NCBI GenBank assembly: GCA_032718475.1
Contig: JAUCBJ010000412.1
Coordinates: 1 to 64,000 of the forward strand
Length of the DNA stretch: 64,000 nucleotides
Reading direction: 5' to 3'
Source: Nemertoderma westbladi
Taxonomy: Eukaryota > Animalia > Xenacoelomorpha
The translations under genes and the position numbers were made by a program. Shown here piece by piece: positions 36,001-45,672 of the stretch (positions are counted from its first letter, which is position 1; each line of letters begins with the position of its first letter). A model generated the notes under the pieces. The model was not told where the DNA came from. It did no database searches and worked only from the letters and a program-made list of their open reading frames with translations.

Positions 36001-38497
36001 CACCGGCTTTGGTATGATAGCCTACCTTCTCCGAGAGGTAAGTCAGGACAAGTTTGAGACGGCCTTTGTAACTTCTAGATCAAAGACAATGCCGGTCAAA
36101 TACATGACTGTCCCTCGTGCAGAGTTACAGGCGGCAGTAGTTTCAGTCGAGGTGAGTAAGCAGATAATAGAGGAGTTAGACACGACATTGACTTTATTCT
36201 ATTGGACGGACGCATCCTTAGTGTTAGTATACATTGCAGCCAACAATATTGCACTAAAGACATTTGTGGCCAACAGACGCGCTCAGATCGTCGACTTTTC
36301 GACGAAGGAACAATGGAGACATTGTCCGGGAGTGTTGAACCCGGCCGACATAACTTCGAGAGGTGCAATGCCGGCGGAATTCTGTCAGGAAGAGTCGCAG
36401 GAGTTTTGGTTGCATGGACCTGATTTTCTAACAAGGACACAGGAACATTGGCCAGAGCGACTAAAGATTGTGACCAATCCGATTCCTGAAGATGCAGAAG
36501 TCAAGGTGGAGAAAGTCTCTAAGTCGAAGTCTAAAGCCAAACTCAAGTCATTGGAGCGGCCTGAAGAGTCATTGGAGCGGCCTGAAGAGTCATTGGAGCG
36601 GCCTGAAGAGTCATTGGAGCGGCCTGAAGAGTCATTGGAGCGGCCTGAAGAGTCATTGGAGCGGCCTGAAGAGTCATTGGAGCGGCCCGGAGACCTGTCA
36701 GACCAACAGACTTACGTGACTACTAGATCCGGAAGGGTAAGTTACGACGTAAAACCACCCTTACAGACTAAACCGGAGTCACAATTGGTAAGTGACGGAC
36801 AGAAAATGACCGACACAATGGAGTCTTTGGTTTCCAAACCTGCGGGTTTGGATTCGAAACTTCCATTAATTAGCGGACAACCGTCGCTGGCATTAGAGCC
36901 ATGTAGTATTTATGACAAATTACTAAATTCGTCTGCCTCTTGGCTGACAATTTGTAAAAGAACTGCGTGGTTAAGCCGATACATTTTGTACCTTTGTATA
37001 AAACATTCGAAACATTTGAGAGAACCATTGAGCACCAATAGTGAGCGAATTCGGAAATTGAAACAACCTCTGACAGAGGATGAGATTGATCAAGCGGAAT
37101 TAAAGCATTTGAAACATTATCAAATGTGTGCCTTCCCGAAAGAATTCCATCTATTATCGGCTCAACGACCAGTTCTCTATAAACCCCTGAGAAAATGGAG
37201 TCCATTAATCCATAAGGGTTTGATTTGTCATAGATCGAGAATCCAGACTGTCGACATAAACTCACAGTTTCGGTTCCCAGTGATAATCCCTAGTTACCCG
37301 ATAGAATTGCAAAGAGCGATTCTATGGGATATACACAAGAGGTTGCATCACGCGGGAAAGTTACACTGTCTGTCGGCAGCGAGACAGCGATTCATTCTAT
37401 TGCAGCCAAGCAGGGCAGTCGGCACTATGTATGACGCCTGTCTGGTTTGCAAGAGGGTGAACGCCAGAGTATTGGAACAGGAGATGGCTGAACTCCCGGA
37501 AGCGAGAGTGCAGGCATATGACCCACCCTTTACGAACACAGGGGTGGATTGTTTTGGTCCGATTGAAGCAAAGAGTGGACGGCTGACCCACAAGCGATGG
37601 GGTCTGCTACTGACATGCATGGCTAGTAGAGCCATACACATTGAGCGTGTGGCAGACATGTCGACCAAATCTCTGCTCCTGGCCTTGAAGAGATTTATGG
37701 CCAGGAGAGGACTAGTAAAGGCGTTCTACTCCGATAAGGGTACAAACTTTGTCGGAGGGAATAGCGAGTTGAACGCGGCTCATAAAGCGGCACAGAATAA
37801 GGAAATTTCTGCAGCACTTTTGCCGCAAAGAGTAGAGTGGAGATTTAATACTCCAGAAAGTCCTTGGAGAGGAGGAAATTGGGAGCGTTTAGTTCGCTCT
37901 GTGAAGCAGGCCATTGCTAAGACGTTGCCTGTAAACAAACAACTTACCGACGACGAACTGGTCACAGCTTTCATTGAAATCGAGCATACCCTAAACTCGA
38001 GGCCGATAGCTATGTTGCCAGACGGTGTTGCATTAACGCCGAATCATTTGCTAATGCAGAGTCCAGCATTTCTTGTGCCGGCATCAGAACCCGTTAGTGC
38101 CGACCTATATAGTCGTAAGAGCTGGAAAATGACTCAATTAGTCGCGTACACATTCTGGGAATATTGGCGGGAATACTATCTTCCCACCATATCCACCAGA
38201 ACAAAGTGGTACAAAACGGTTCGGAGTCTCCAAAGGGGAGACTACGTACTGATAACCGAGCCGATTGTCAAGAGAAAGTATTGGGAGACAGGAGTGATCT
38301 TGCATATACACCCAGACGTGCAAAACATAGTGCGCACAGTCACTGTGAAAATTAGGTGCAAGTGTCCGCACCCAAAAAAGTGTAAAACTAATGGTTTGCA
38401 CACCTTGGACCGACCGGTCCAAGATATTGTGTTATTAGAGGAGACACGTATCGAGACGGGAGATTATAATTTGTCTCCTGCCTCTAAACTGAATTAG
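30086..38497 (+). CDS. BEL/Pao Gag-Pol polyprotein, 2803 aa
   Basis: Gag Cys/His boxes CQYC..H..C, CWACLAPGHVRRQC, CMECGRLHHKLLH. Protease MLDTAS. RT YLPHH..KVRVVND, DIEAMFHQV, FYMDD. RNase H LFSDAS, FYWTD, NPADITSRG. Integrase HKRLHHAG..CLVC, DCFGP, SDKGTNF, WERLV. Confidence 0.97.
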   Translation: MSVSDKEALEDSYETAAGPPTDDSVNITVDDNADYDDAASDADVSEQEDETVTSEEEQQPQVIVLGSPTATDRKDCTAARTEVSDREGSVAEARARSPVSRPVGMVSAVVPTAVRSTRSSRNNPSSPPSVSQVSERELDIAIKKKLRAHAGHITRTADKVRKMLADSANIGRVELVEIRRGYNSALFKQTEELAVLAKKAVESQSSDVATRIYDRVLAALLEHRELSERFRRVRTENWLLWASQTQATQVSDAELRDLVEREEIQDKEERRYQREVTSWLMQNGVVVPGQVLPTTENIQQRTLTPPDDASRDSGDSQVSHARGKVICARSLVSHNSAEERRRRLDEQQAEVLRASEARKEAEQERERTRKLDAKLRELEEKGKRERAEREQKERELQLERERKERELELEREQKECELQLEREQKKRELELERERKERELEIEKERQALYEERARVEEEGAARRAREEEERKLAQLESARLSLDSEERTRKANEIAEKGMRMIEECGASVGTELRELFALQKAEQEARTPTIRESTPTRIPIPGPAITSTRIAKPFSTYRTPVGISASPIAQNLRHRNTAPLYTERDNGEFRETPTGRVLGEPNPRVWNTRTERRPSSTENFRVKPEEGSYERQRITQIEPTIQQNPSQEFITRDELSASLAQAISPHIQPITDMLSNLRLKEAAQVRSNSNPSRPELDKVQPSQRVRISEETIPYRPQVRTPVPNIHNPNFENSAERFIEEAWVRASARKPSRALRTDTESSDEEEDMRRQKSRNYKERRTDAEQVSWNHRERNRLNNPAELNHLLTRNDATLRDIGKFAARQGLPTQQPQKFMGNHKHWRTFKTYVDEQLTNSTFTPNEKFNYLLQMLHREPRAIADNFVGNERAFELAMKTLSDIYGNKTKMAQSIVEDLGKGGRITTPLELLNLANAISNALDILRTVNLPHHGDHAEVLKSVIRRLNMRCRQKWRKLENKLEGQGKVLTLQHIHDMIATDAVAEMKSNFSEENMRESKPVTGKSMVSFDDDRTTVTFNSVDRYNSSTPAFRSDSRVWSGERLDRPRLKQQELPDGFVGCQYCLLKEVRSDDHKLDSCRRFKELNSEQRRVQVRTLDTCWACLAPGHVRRQCPNSKDGCMECGRLHHKLLHADFHTPTDRYLQRNPHRKGSKEPVSIRRNTYTGIQDDGYQPGSSDEDGESSAREVTCQGFTADSSSTSARTYLSSATSEIFSVIPVKLTGDKGSKRIYVMLDTASTLSYIDEEVARAVSSFQDAEEIQIELKSMHGVGDLKGHRISVELDSLLPRDQHTRQERKALPLDRFKCLAMKGFGRQLGKVPPMSPIAQEYFDKLRIPRHQVGYRNVSMLIGAEQLIAHQIWETRPAEPHVNGPHAHRTILGWYTRVPMSYEFTGGDKPINRYDELQPIIQPPLVEPPDIDEFRRTCIDHYSDFSESDEELIPDNVRLSEPLHNNRTDSEPEDYCYQTRGSGSAAHATYLTNVLTYTDIVEGQVAKYRDLDIFQYSEEELQKELIRQDLETGARTVEWLDRDAMEPGGYDLAMSTDEKRSLEMMEDTIRLLPTGHFEVGMLWRRQPPKLENNYNLALKRLNGVRARLLKNPDIREKYCAQINNYFAKGFAGKVEDPDLVTDQTYYLPHHYVTHPDKPDKVRVVNDCAAVYRGMSLNSELMDGPNLNNYLIGILLCFRQRRFAFTCDIEAMFHQVRACKADQDSLRFLWYENEDLSGPVVTYQMYVRIFGARDSPNGTLFVLKKTATAQIGKYPVEVIESILRNFYMDDGLVSKETAEQAIEVANGLQKCLATGGFPLTKFTTNSEALLESFPVKDRGSGDIELGVEPIPMARVLGLAWNPNTDKFQVRVRFEPSSPDKILTKRICLSMLSRLFDPMNFISPVILQARACMRKIWLSDLEWDEPISPIHAKQWREWEAELHLLKNIDVPRSYFPNQLVFPTDLELHLFSDASDTGFGMIAYLLREVSQDKFETAFVTSRSKTMPVKYMTVPRAELQAAVVSVEVSKQIIEELDTTLTLFYWTDASLVLVYIAANNIALKTFVANRRAQIVDFSTKEQWRHCPGVLNPADITSRGAMPAEFCQEESQEFWLHGPDFLTRTQEHWPERLKIVTNPIPEDAEVKVEKVSKSKSKAKLKSLERPEESLERPEESLERPEESLERPEESLERPEESLERPEESLERPGDLSDQQTYVTTRSGRVSYDVKPPLQTKPESQLVSDGQKMTDTMESLVSKPAGLDSKLPLISGQPSLALEPCSIYDKLLNSSASWLTICKRTAWLSRYILYLCIKHSKHLREPLSTNSERIRKLKQPLTEDEIDQAELKHLKHYQMCAFPKEFHLLSAQRPVLYKPLRKWSPLIHKGLICHRSRIQTVDINSQFRFPVIIPSYPIELQRAILWDIHKRLHHAGKLHCLSAARQRFILLQPSRAVGTMYDACLVCKRVNARVLEQEMAELPEARVQAYDPPFTNTGVDCFGPIEAKSGRLTHKRWGLLLTCMASRAIHIERVADMSTKSLLLALKRFMARRGLVKAFYSDKGTNFVGGNSELNAAHKAAQNKEISAALLPQRVEWRFNTPESPWRGGNWERLVRSVKQAIAKTLPVNKQLTDDELVTAFIEIEHTLNSRPIAMLPDGVALTPNHLLMQSPAFLVPASEPVSADLYSRKSWKMTQLVAYTFWEYWREYYLPTISTRTKWYKTVRSLQRGDYVLITEPIVKRKYWETGVILHIHPDVQNIVRTVTVKIRCKCPHPKKCKTNGLHTLDRPVQDIVLLEETRIETGDYNLSPASKLN
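31236..31420 (+). repeat. Coding tandem repeat (about 33 nt, ERELELERERK-type) encoding a predicted Gag coiled coil
   Basis: Repeated GAACGCGAAC..AAGGAACGCGAACTCGAACTT units. Confidence 0.85.
36548..36688 (+). repeat. Perfect 21-bp coding tandem repeat, (SLERPEE)x6 + SLERP, between RNase H and integrase
   Basis: TCATTGGAGCGGCCTGAAGAG repeated without mismatch. Confidence 0.97.
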
Positions 38498-39259
38498 TGT
38501 TGGACGCAACTCACTTCGTATGCATTCCTCGTATGCAAATACAAGGAAATGCATAGGAGCGGGGTTGTGGTGATTTGCGTTGAGTTTTGTCTAGTGGGTA
38601 TCAAAACAAAATTTTATTTTCAAAAATTTTGAAAAATTTAAAATTTTAAAAAATTAGAAGTGAACCCAAGACAATTCCAGACGCTGTGTATAGACGCGTT
38701 TTAGAATTCGTCTATAGATAAACAGTAATTTGAAAAGTCGTGAAGCCTGGAAAATAGCATTTAGAAACCATGGTGACGGCTATATTACGTAGGAGTGTAA
38801 ATTGAGTTTAGCAACTTCCACAGATTGGTGCCAACAGTGCAACTAAGGTGCTAAAGGTTAGTAGCACCAGAGGCGTACATGGACCCCACTCAGTAGTTTG
38901 CAGGATGTGTGATGTTCGATTATCAAACCTGTGGGTTTGGTATAGTCGAGTATTGTGGCTATAGTCCTTTCTAACTACTGTAGTTTAGTACGAGTAATGG
39001 GAGTAGTTTGGGCATCAAAAAGTGAGTTGGTCACGGCCAGTTTATCTCCAAAGTTTTTGCGCTATGCATGGGAATAGGTTAGAGGATAGTTAGTTAGGAA
39101 GAGACGGGATCTAGAGAGTCGAACCTGAACTGCTGGAAGGCGGGGGGGGGGGTTCGGGAGGTCTGTCCTTCGGCGACATCTAACTGATTTACCCATAGTG
39201 TAATTGGTTACGTAACGGCACTTATTGGGATATATATATATGTATATACGCGAGGCATA

Positions 39260-42200
39260 ATGGAGAGGGATATTAGAGCGCAACCGCGCAGAGGATTTAC
39301 TGCCAGAGAGGAGGCGGAGCTACCATTCGCGCGACCAGGATGTAAAGACTCTAACGTTTACTACCATGGGCGGTCCGTGATGGAGCTAAACGGGAAATAC
39401 AAGCCGAGTTATGATAAAGAATTACGGAGGGAAAGAATGAGAGCGTTGGGGGACCGGATGGAAGTTTTGCGGAGAGAGTATCGCACGCGGTATCCCTACG
39501 ACTTCGCTTTGGACGTGTGTGACATCAGCGCAGATCCGGACGAGGAAATCGCATGACTATACCATATGAATATGTATTTACGACATGAGGAGCCTCTACC
39601 TGCAGTCTGAGACCAGTTCGACGGAATGCATCTATACCGGAGGACTCGAGGTGAGGATCAGGAGACGCCGAAAGTCTTCAGCGTATACAAGCTCTTCTAC
39701 AAGTGTGGTGAATGCATGAATAAACAAGATGTGGCGATTCCCGACCGATTAGACGAGCAACATCCGGAACCGATATTAACGCGATGTCCAGCTCACCAAT
39801 TCCTTAGATACAACGAGGGAGGTTACCCGATGAGCAACCCGATGATCAGTATCGACTTCAGCGGAAAGCGACCTCCGAGACCCATTACGCCGACCGTTAC
39901 GACATTGGATCCGTATACGGAGATTAAACCCTGTTCGACACCCAGTTTGATAGAGACGGCAGCGGCCATTTCGCTGTACCGAGCCTACAAGGATCTAGAG
40001 GCGCGGCGCGAAGCGGCGCGGGACTCGGGTACCAAACCCGCGGGTTTGGAGCTCTCGAGTCCCTGGACTGCGTTTACTTCACCTCACCGAGTGAGAAGCC
40101 TCACGCCTGAGCATCAGGACGACATAGACGCGTTGCGGCAGGAGGAGCGAGCGGCGAAGGCGAAAGAGTTATTTGAGAACAGGATAGCGGAGTATAATAA
40201 GACCGCGGATAGACATCAAGAGGAGACGAGGAGAGTGACCGGATTTGTTCCACAGGTCGCATCTCAACCCGGACCGGTGTATTATTCCGACGGCACCGAA
40301 CCTGCGATATTAGTAGATCATCCGGAGTTGCGAGAAGCGATACGATTCTTGCCGATGGTAAGAATGGCGGACCATTGGAACGTTGACTGTCTACGGGAAG
40401 TTTTATGCGCGAAGTTCTTGCGTGATGTCCCAATGCAGATCACAGATTACGACACGTTGGATAAGATTGGAGCTCCGGGGAAGGAGAGTAAGCTATTCGG
40501 ATGGTTGGATAAGTACATCAAGGTATGGGTCGCGGTGGCTACATTCCCAGATGACGAGGAGGTAGACCAGACGTGGCTGAGGAGGAAGGGTTCTTATACC
40601 CGATATGATGACCACAAGGCTATCGAGCGCATGTGGACCCCATCAGACGAGATTCAGCGTCAGTGGAGGAAAACGGAGGAATCACTGCAGGATTGGAGGG
40701 TGATGTTCTACGACAATGAAGGAGGGTCCCATCAGGAATGTTTGACCAGCAAGTGTATTCAAATTCGTGCGGCCGATGGTGTGACTCATGTGTTTATGCG
40801 TGTGAGGGCGGATCGAGAGAGACCGGAGCCCATCATAACGACACAATATCGGAAGGGGAAGGATCCTAGGGAACAGATTTTGGAGGTATGCAGGCGAGGA
40901 GGTATGCACGGAGCGGAGCGTATCGACGCCAGGATGCTACCCAAGAAAGTTAGAGAGGCTATTCTCAACCAAGATTACGTCAAGGTGGGATCGGGAGTCC
41001 AGAGTGATTTGGAGAGCGACTTCAACGCCATGACTGATCTGGAAGATAGATTGCCGAGACCGTTTGTCGACACCAAGCTATTGTTGCTATGGGCACAGGA
41101 TATTGGAATTTATAGGGAGTATCCCAACTCTGCCAAGACTGGTATTGGCTTTATAGTACACTTGTTGTATAATTGGGACTTTAAGTTAAAGACGCAGAAG
41201 AAGTACGAGGAGGCGTATGGTGAATACAACACGCCACCGGGAGCGGAGTTCAAATCCCACTTCAAGCGGCAAGCGTTAGTGTATTGGAACATTTGCGCGC
41301 CACCCCGTGCGTCACTACAATATTATTTGGTGCTTGAGTCGAACACGGTGACTTGTTTATGAGCGGATATCGTTGCGCGAGTTTTGAAGCGTCATCCATT
41401 GGTATTCGGAGGAGATCAATACGTTCGCTCGAAAGGGGGAATCCAATCCGACGTGATGAAGCGTTTCTTAACCCCGTTCTTCAAGCAATCGTTAGAGAAT
41501 ACGTCGATGGTTAGGAGAGGATTAGCGATATTCGAAGGAGTATATCGACAGAACATCGGAGATTTGGGAGACCGACCGTCGATGGAATATCCGACGCCAG
41601 AAGCTTTGGAGAAGTGGTTCGGGCATCAAACCCGCGGGTTTGGTACTCCCTTCCACTCGGAGGCTGATAGACCTGTTAAGGAGGGCTGGCCGGAGACGTT
41701 AGTAGAGGTGTTCGGAGTAGATCTTCCGGTGGAGAAGACATATCCGAAACGAACGCAGGAGGAAATATTGGAGATAGAGGACAAGGGCGAGGATGTTTAC
41801 TTTGTTCCGGATCGACAACCGTTGACCGGAGAGGACGACATCGTATTAGACATTGGGAAGGAAGGAAGTGCGAAACCGATTGGAGACCTCATATACGAGA
41901 GGGCCTGGTTTCCACAAGCGCGTAGGTGCAAATTGTGCGGCAGCACAAGGCACAATCTAAAGTCGTGCGACGCGGTAGTAGAGGCGGCGCATAAGGTCTG
42001 TCGTTGGTGTAATGAGACCGACCATTCGTTTCACACGTGCACCGTCTTCATTTCTCAATGTGGATATTGTGGGGTAAAGGGACATCGTAGCGCGAGATGT
42101 CAGCTGCGAGATGATTCCTTTCAAAACCATAGCGCTAACCTACTTCGGGAGATGTTAGATAAGTGGGAGGGTGTGGCCGATTACCATATTCAAGTGCAGA

Positions 42201-42904
42201 TGCGTTGGTTACCATTTAAAGCGGGATATGGGTTTTGGGCGGTAGACCCATCGCATGTTGCGTACGAGCCATATCTACAATCGCTACCACAATATCAGGA
42301 GCTCATCCTAACTGCTCAAGACCTTCCACAGAACACTGGAGTTATCGTAGTCCGAGAATACTTCAGACAATTGAACATGGACAATAAGTACACATGGAAC
42401 TTCGTTGCTATTTGCGATCGCATCACGAAGGGTGTATTTACGGAGACTAGAAAAGTGGTACGCGCGCGAGGTGATTGGAGGATGGCGGCTATACAATACC
42501 GCAACGAATTCTTGTTGACTCATGTGCCAGTGGGTTCATTGACCGCTGAGAGGATACAGGAGCAAAGGATCGCAGCGACCACAGCGACGACCGCTGGAGC
42601 TCAAGGCTTGCGGAAAGAACCAGGAGGAGGGGTCCAAGACAAGCGTCAAGTCAAGGACGACCACTACCACTCTATTATAGAAGCACAGAGGTTGCAGCGC
42701 AAGGCGCAGGGGGCGTCGGAGAAGGCGCGAGTGCAACTGCATAAGGAAGAGTTGGCGGAAGCGACCACGGGAGCGCGACAATTGGGACGAGGCCGAGGAA
42801 GAAGCACAAGCCGGGAGTCTGTCGGGGCTCAGGGAACGTCGTCGCCGGTTCCGGGAGTGACGCCTCACGGACGCCGTCAACGGAGTCGACTGGAGGTAGA
42901 TTAG
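39260..42904 (+). CDS. Accessory ORF of the BEL element: DEDDy/WRN-like 3'-5' exonuclease plus three CCHC zinc knuckles; one frame with three internal TGA codons (disrupted or recoded)
   Basis: ORF-track pieces 39260-39556, 39626-41362 and 41384-42904 share one frame, separated only by TGA at 39554, 39608 and 41360. ExoI VMFYDNE, ExoII REAILNQDYVKVGSGVQSD, FVDTKLL, ExoIII-like W..LQYYLVLE. Knuckles CKLCGSTRHNLKSC, CRWCNETDHSFHTC, CGYCGVKGHRSARC. Confidence 0.72.
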
Positions 42905-43461
42905 TGTATCTGGGAAGAGGGCGAAAGAGAGGAGCGAGCCCAAAGAACCCAGGAGCGGGTCGATAATACATTATAGCACAGGGCGACAGACTCTAGATAT
43001 ATACATCATCGTCGCTCTGATGTATATTGTAGCATTTGGAAATCTTCGACTAGACTCATATACACTAGTTGAGTTATTTTGGAATTTATATTATGAGAGA
43101 GGCGAAGGAAGTGATTGGGGAGACAAACCTGCGGGTTTGGCTTACTCCTTTCACTTGCCCTAGCCAATTTTATATTTGATTTTGTATGTAGTAATCATTA
43201 TGTAGTAAGAATGAACGAGAAACAATATTTTGTAAATTTAATTTGTATGTAATAATCGTTAAACAATGAGAGAGATAATATTTTTGTAAATTTAATTTGT
43301 ATGTAATTCATTATGCAATATCTATAGCAATATTTGTAAATAGTAGGATTTGTAGTATCAAGTGTTTAGATTGGTTGGAAGAAATTTATTTTGTTTTGTA
43401 TACATCACCTTATACTCTTCTACAATTGGAGGGAAACATTGTATGATTTCCCTTGGAGCGG

Positions 43462-45672
43462 TGTTACGGTATATGGCGCTGTATCCACATTATTAGTCGT
43501 TATACTGTATGCATTATTAGTCCGTTATGCAGTATGCAATATTAGTCCGTTATACTGTACGTAATATTAGTCCATTGTGCAGCATGATATTTTAGATAAG
43601 GCATAATAACGCAGTGGTATTTAGATAGGGAAATCGAAACACCCATATATTTGAATCCATCCATTTTGTATAGTATGTAGCCCTACCTACGTAATTTTGT
43701 ATTAGGATATATGTAGATAGTTCCAGGGTAGCGAGTTTATTCGGACCCTGGATTTTGTGCTTGCTGATATTAGCATCGATAGGGCTAGCATATAGGGACG
43801 CTGTCCTGGCCATTCAGCAGCCAGGGACGTGAACCATTACCATATATGGTAATAATTTGAGGTTTGGGCAAGCGATAGGGCTACAATCCGGCCTCCTTAT
43901 TGGACTAACTGCTTCCAGGTTGGTCTAATGCTAGCACGGACTGGAGAGCCAATAGGAGAGCGATTGAGTCACCCTATTGCATCACCCCATCCGGATCACC
44001 TATAAATTGGCGGTGTGCCGGTAGAGCCTCACATGACACCTCACATGATCTGCTATCACCTTTGTACTTGTTGAGCTGTCTCTATTCAATTTTGACGGAT
44101 ATTTTAGCGTATTTTCTGCAATTTGCTAATTTTGATTAATTTCTTGGAATGATTTGCTAGTGCGATTACTCTCGATTGTGTTTCTCAATTAATTCCTTCG
44201 ATTACTGCTAATTACAACTGAACTATGATTTCTACTTTTGATTAATGGTTCTATGTGATTCCTTTCTGCGCAATAATCCTAAGGGATTTCTGAGACTGTC
44301 AGACTTTGTGATTTGCATGCGCCGCTACGGTAGCTATTAGCATAATGGAGGGCTAAGGTGCCAGTGGGCGGTGGGCACATCGGGGGGTTGAGCGACTAGG
44401 AGAGAGCGGAGGATTCAAAGCGGGCAACGCTGGCTAGGGTCACCGTTGCGGGCGGGTATCTTGCACTGTAACACGCAGACCATTCGCCGATACAGTAACT
44501 AGGGGGCTGATGATCCAGGTTTTGTCTCTATTTAGTATTAGGGGGGCAGGAATCGGGTTAGTTAGGAATCCTAGATGTATCCGGGAGAGGCCTGCGCGTA
44601 CTACAACGTTGAGTGTAGAGTACGAGTAGTGAATCGCATAATTGTGGGCTATACAGTAGTTAACTGCATAATTGCGAACTGTGATTTCTGACGCTGATTG
44701 GTGTGTTATTGAAGTGTGCCTATGATTATGAATGTTTAGGTAGGCGCCCTTTTCTTTTGATTGATTTCTATTTCTTAGTTACAATAATTAGTTACTGATT
44801 AGGTCAAAGTAATACGGCAATTTAGGCTATTACTAGCGAAACCTGTTGCGTAATAAATTAGAATTACGTATTCTGGAACTCTTAGTAATTAGTACGCTGT
44901 TAAATATTTGTGACTGTAATTGATTAGTAAAAATTAAGAATTAGTACGCAGCATAGCGGAGAGTAGCTAAGGTAATAATTAGAGTACTGTAAACTATTCA
45001 CGCTGAGCGGTTATTTGCACTAGCGGGCAATCAGCTAGATCGCACTATTCGGTACGCACGATACGCTAGTAATTTGCTGGCCTAAAGCCAGCCGCAGGCA
45101 AGTTTAGACCCAGAGTGGTACTATCCACGTAAAAACAATTACTGTATCATTTTGATTATTTTAAATATTCTCGCATTCACACATTACGTTAGGGAACCTC
45201 CAGTATTCGCGATTAGAAAGACGTAGACAATAGCGTGTTTTAATAGTGATAGAATTAGGCGTAAGAATACTCTGAGTGCAAGGCCTCTCGCACTCGTCTT
45301 AAGTAAGCTTAGGGAGCCGACTCGGGTTTATTGTTTTGGTTATTCCCGCGTGGCTCATAGATTCGAACAGTTAGCTCTCTATCGAGCGATCGGTAGAGAA
45401 AGGAACAAGCGATTTTGCAGGAGTTGTGTAAAATTAGTAAAATATATTAGCGGACGGCAGATTAGCGCCATCCAACGGTAAGTAGCGGTTTTGTATTTAG
45501 CCACCTTTACAATTTAGTAATATCACGCTCCTGATCCCCTTTACTTAACAGTAGAGCATTCTTTGTGTCTTATTGGTTAGGCGAGAGCTCATTAGGTTGA
45601 CAGAAGGATATTAACGGGTATTGGTCTGTTCAACAGTTCTGCTGTTAGTATAGAGGTCGCGGTTGTTTATCA
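43462..45672 (+). repeat. 3' LTR
   Basis: Copy of 26679-28889. Differences noticed at 26855/43638 (G/A) and 26888/43671 (C/T). Confidence 0.97.

Larger units (their letters stand above)
26679..45672 (+). mobile_element. Full-length BEL/Pao LTR retrotransposon, 18,994 bp, with a large accessory ORF
   Basis: Two 2,211-bp TG...CA LTRs; 5-bp TSD AATTT (26674-26678 and 45673-45677); intact gag-pol in BEL/Pao order; short purine-rich GGAGCGG (43455-43461) before the 3' LTR. Confidence 0.97.

Noticed and set aside
39260-42904. Envelope gene interpretation of the extra ORF
   Set aside because: No evident signal peptide, transmembrane anchor or fusion-protein cysteine pattern; the Cys residues form CCHC knuckles.
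42980-43027. Apparent pseudoknot downstream of the cargo ORF
   Set aside because: The two stems (GGGCGAC/GTCGCTC and ATATACATCA/TGATGTATAT) leave no connecting loop, so they are at most alternative hairpins.
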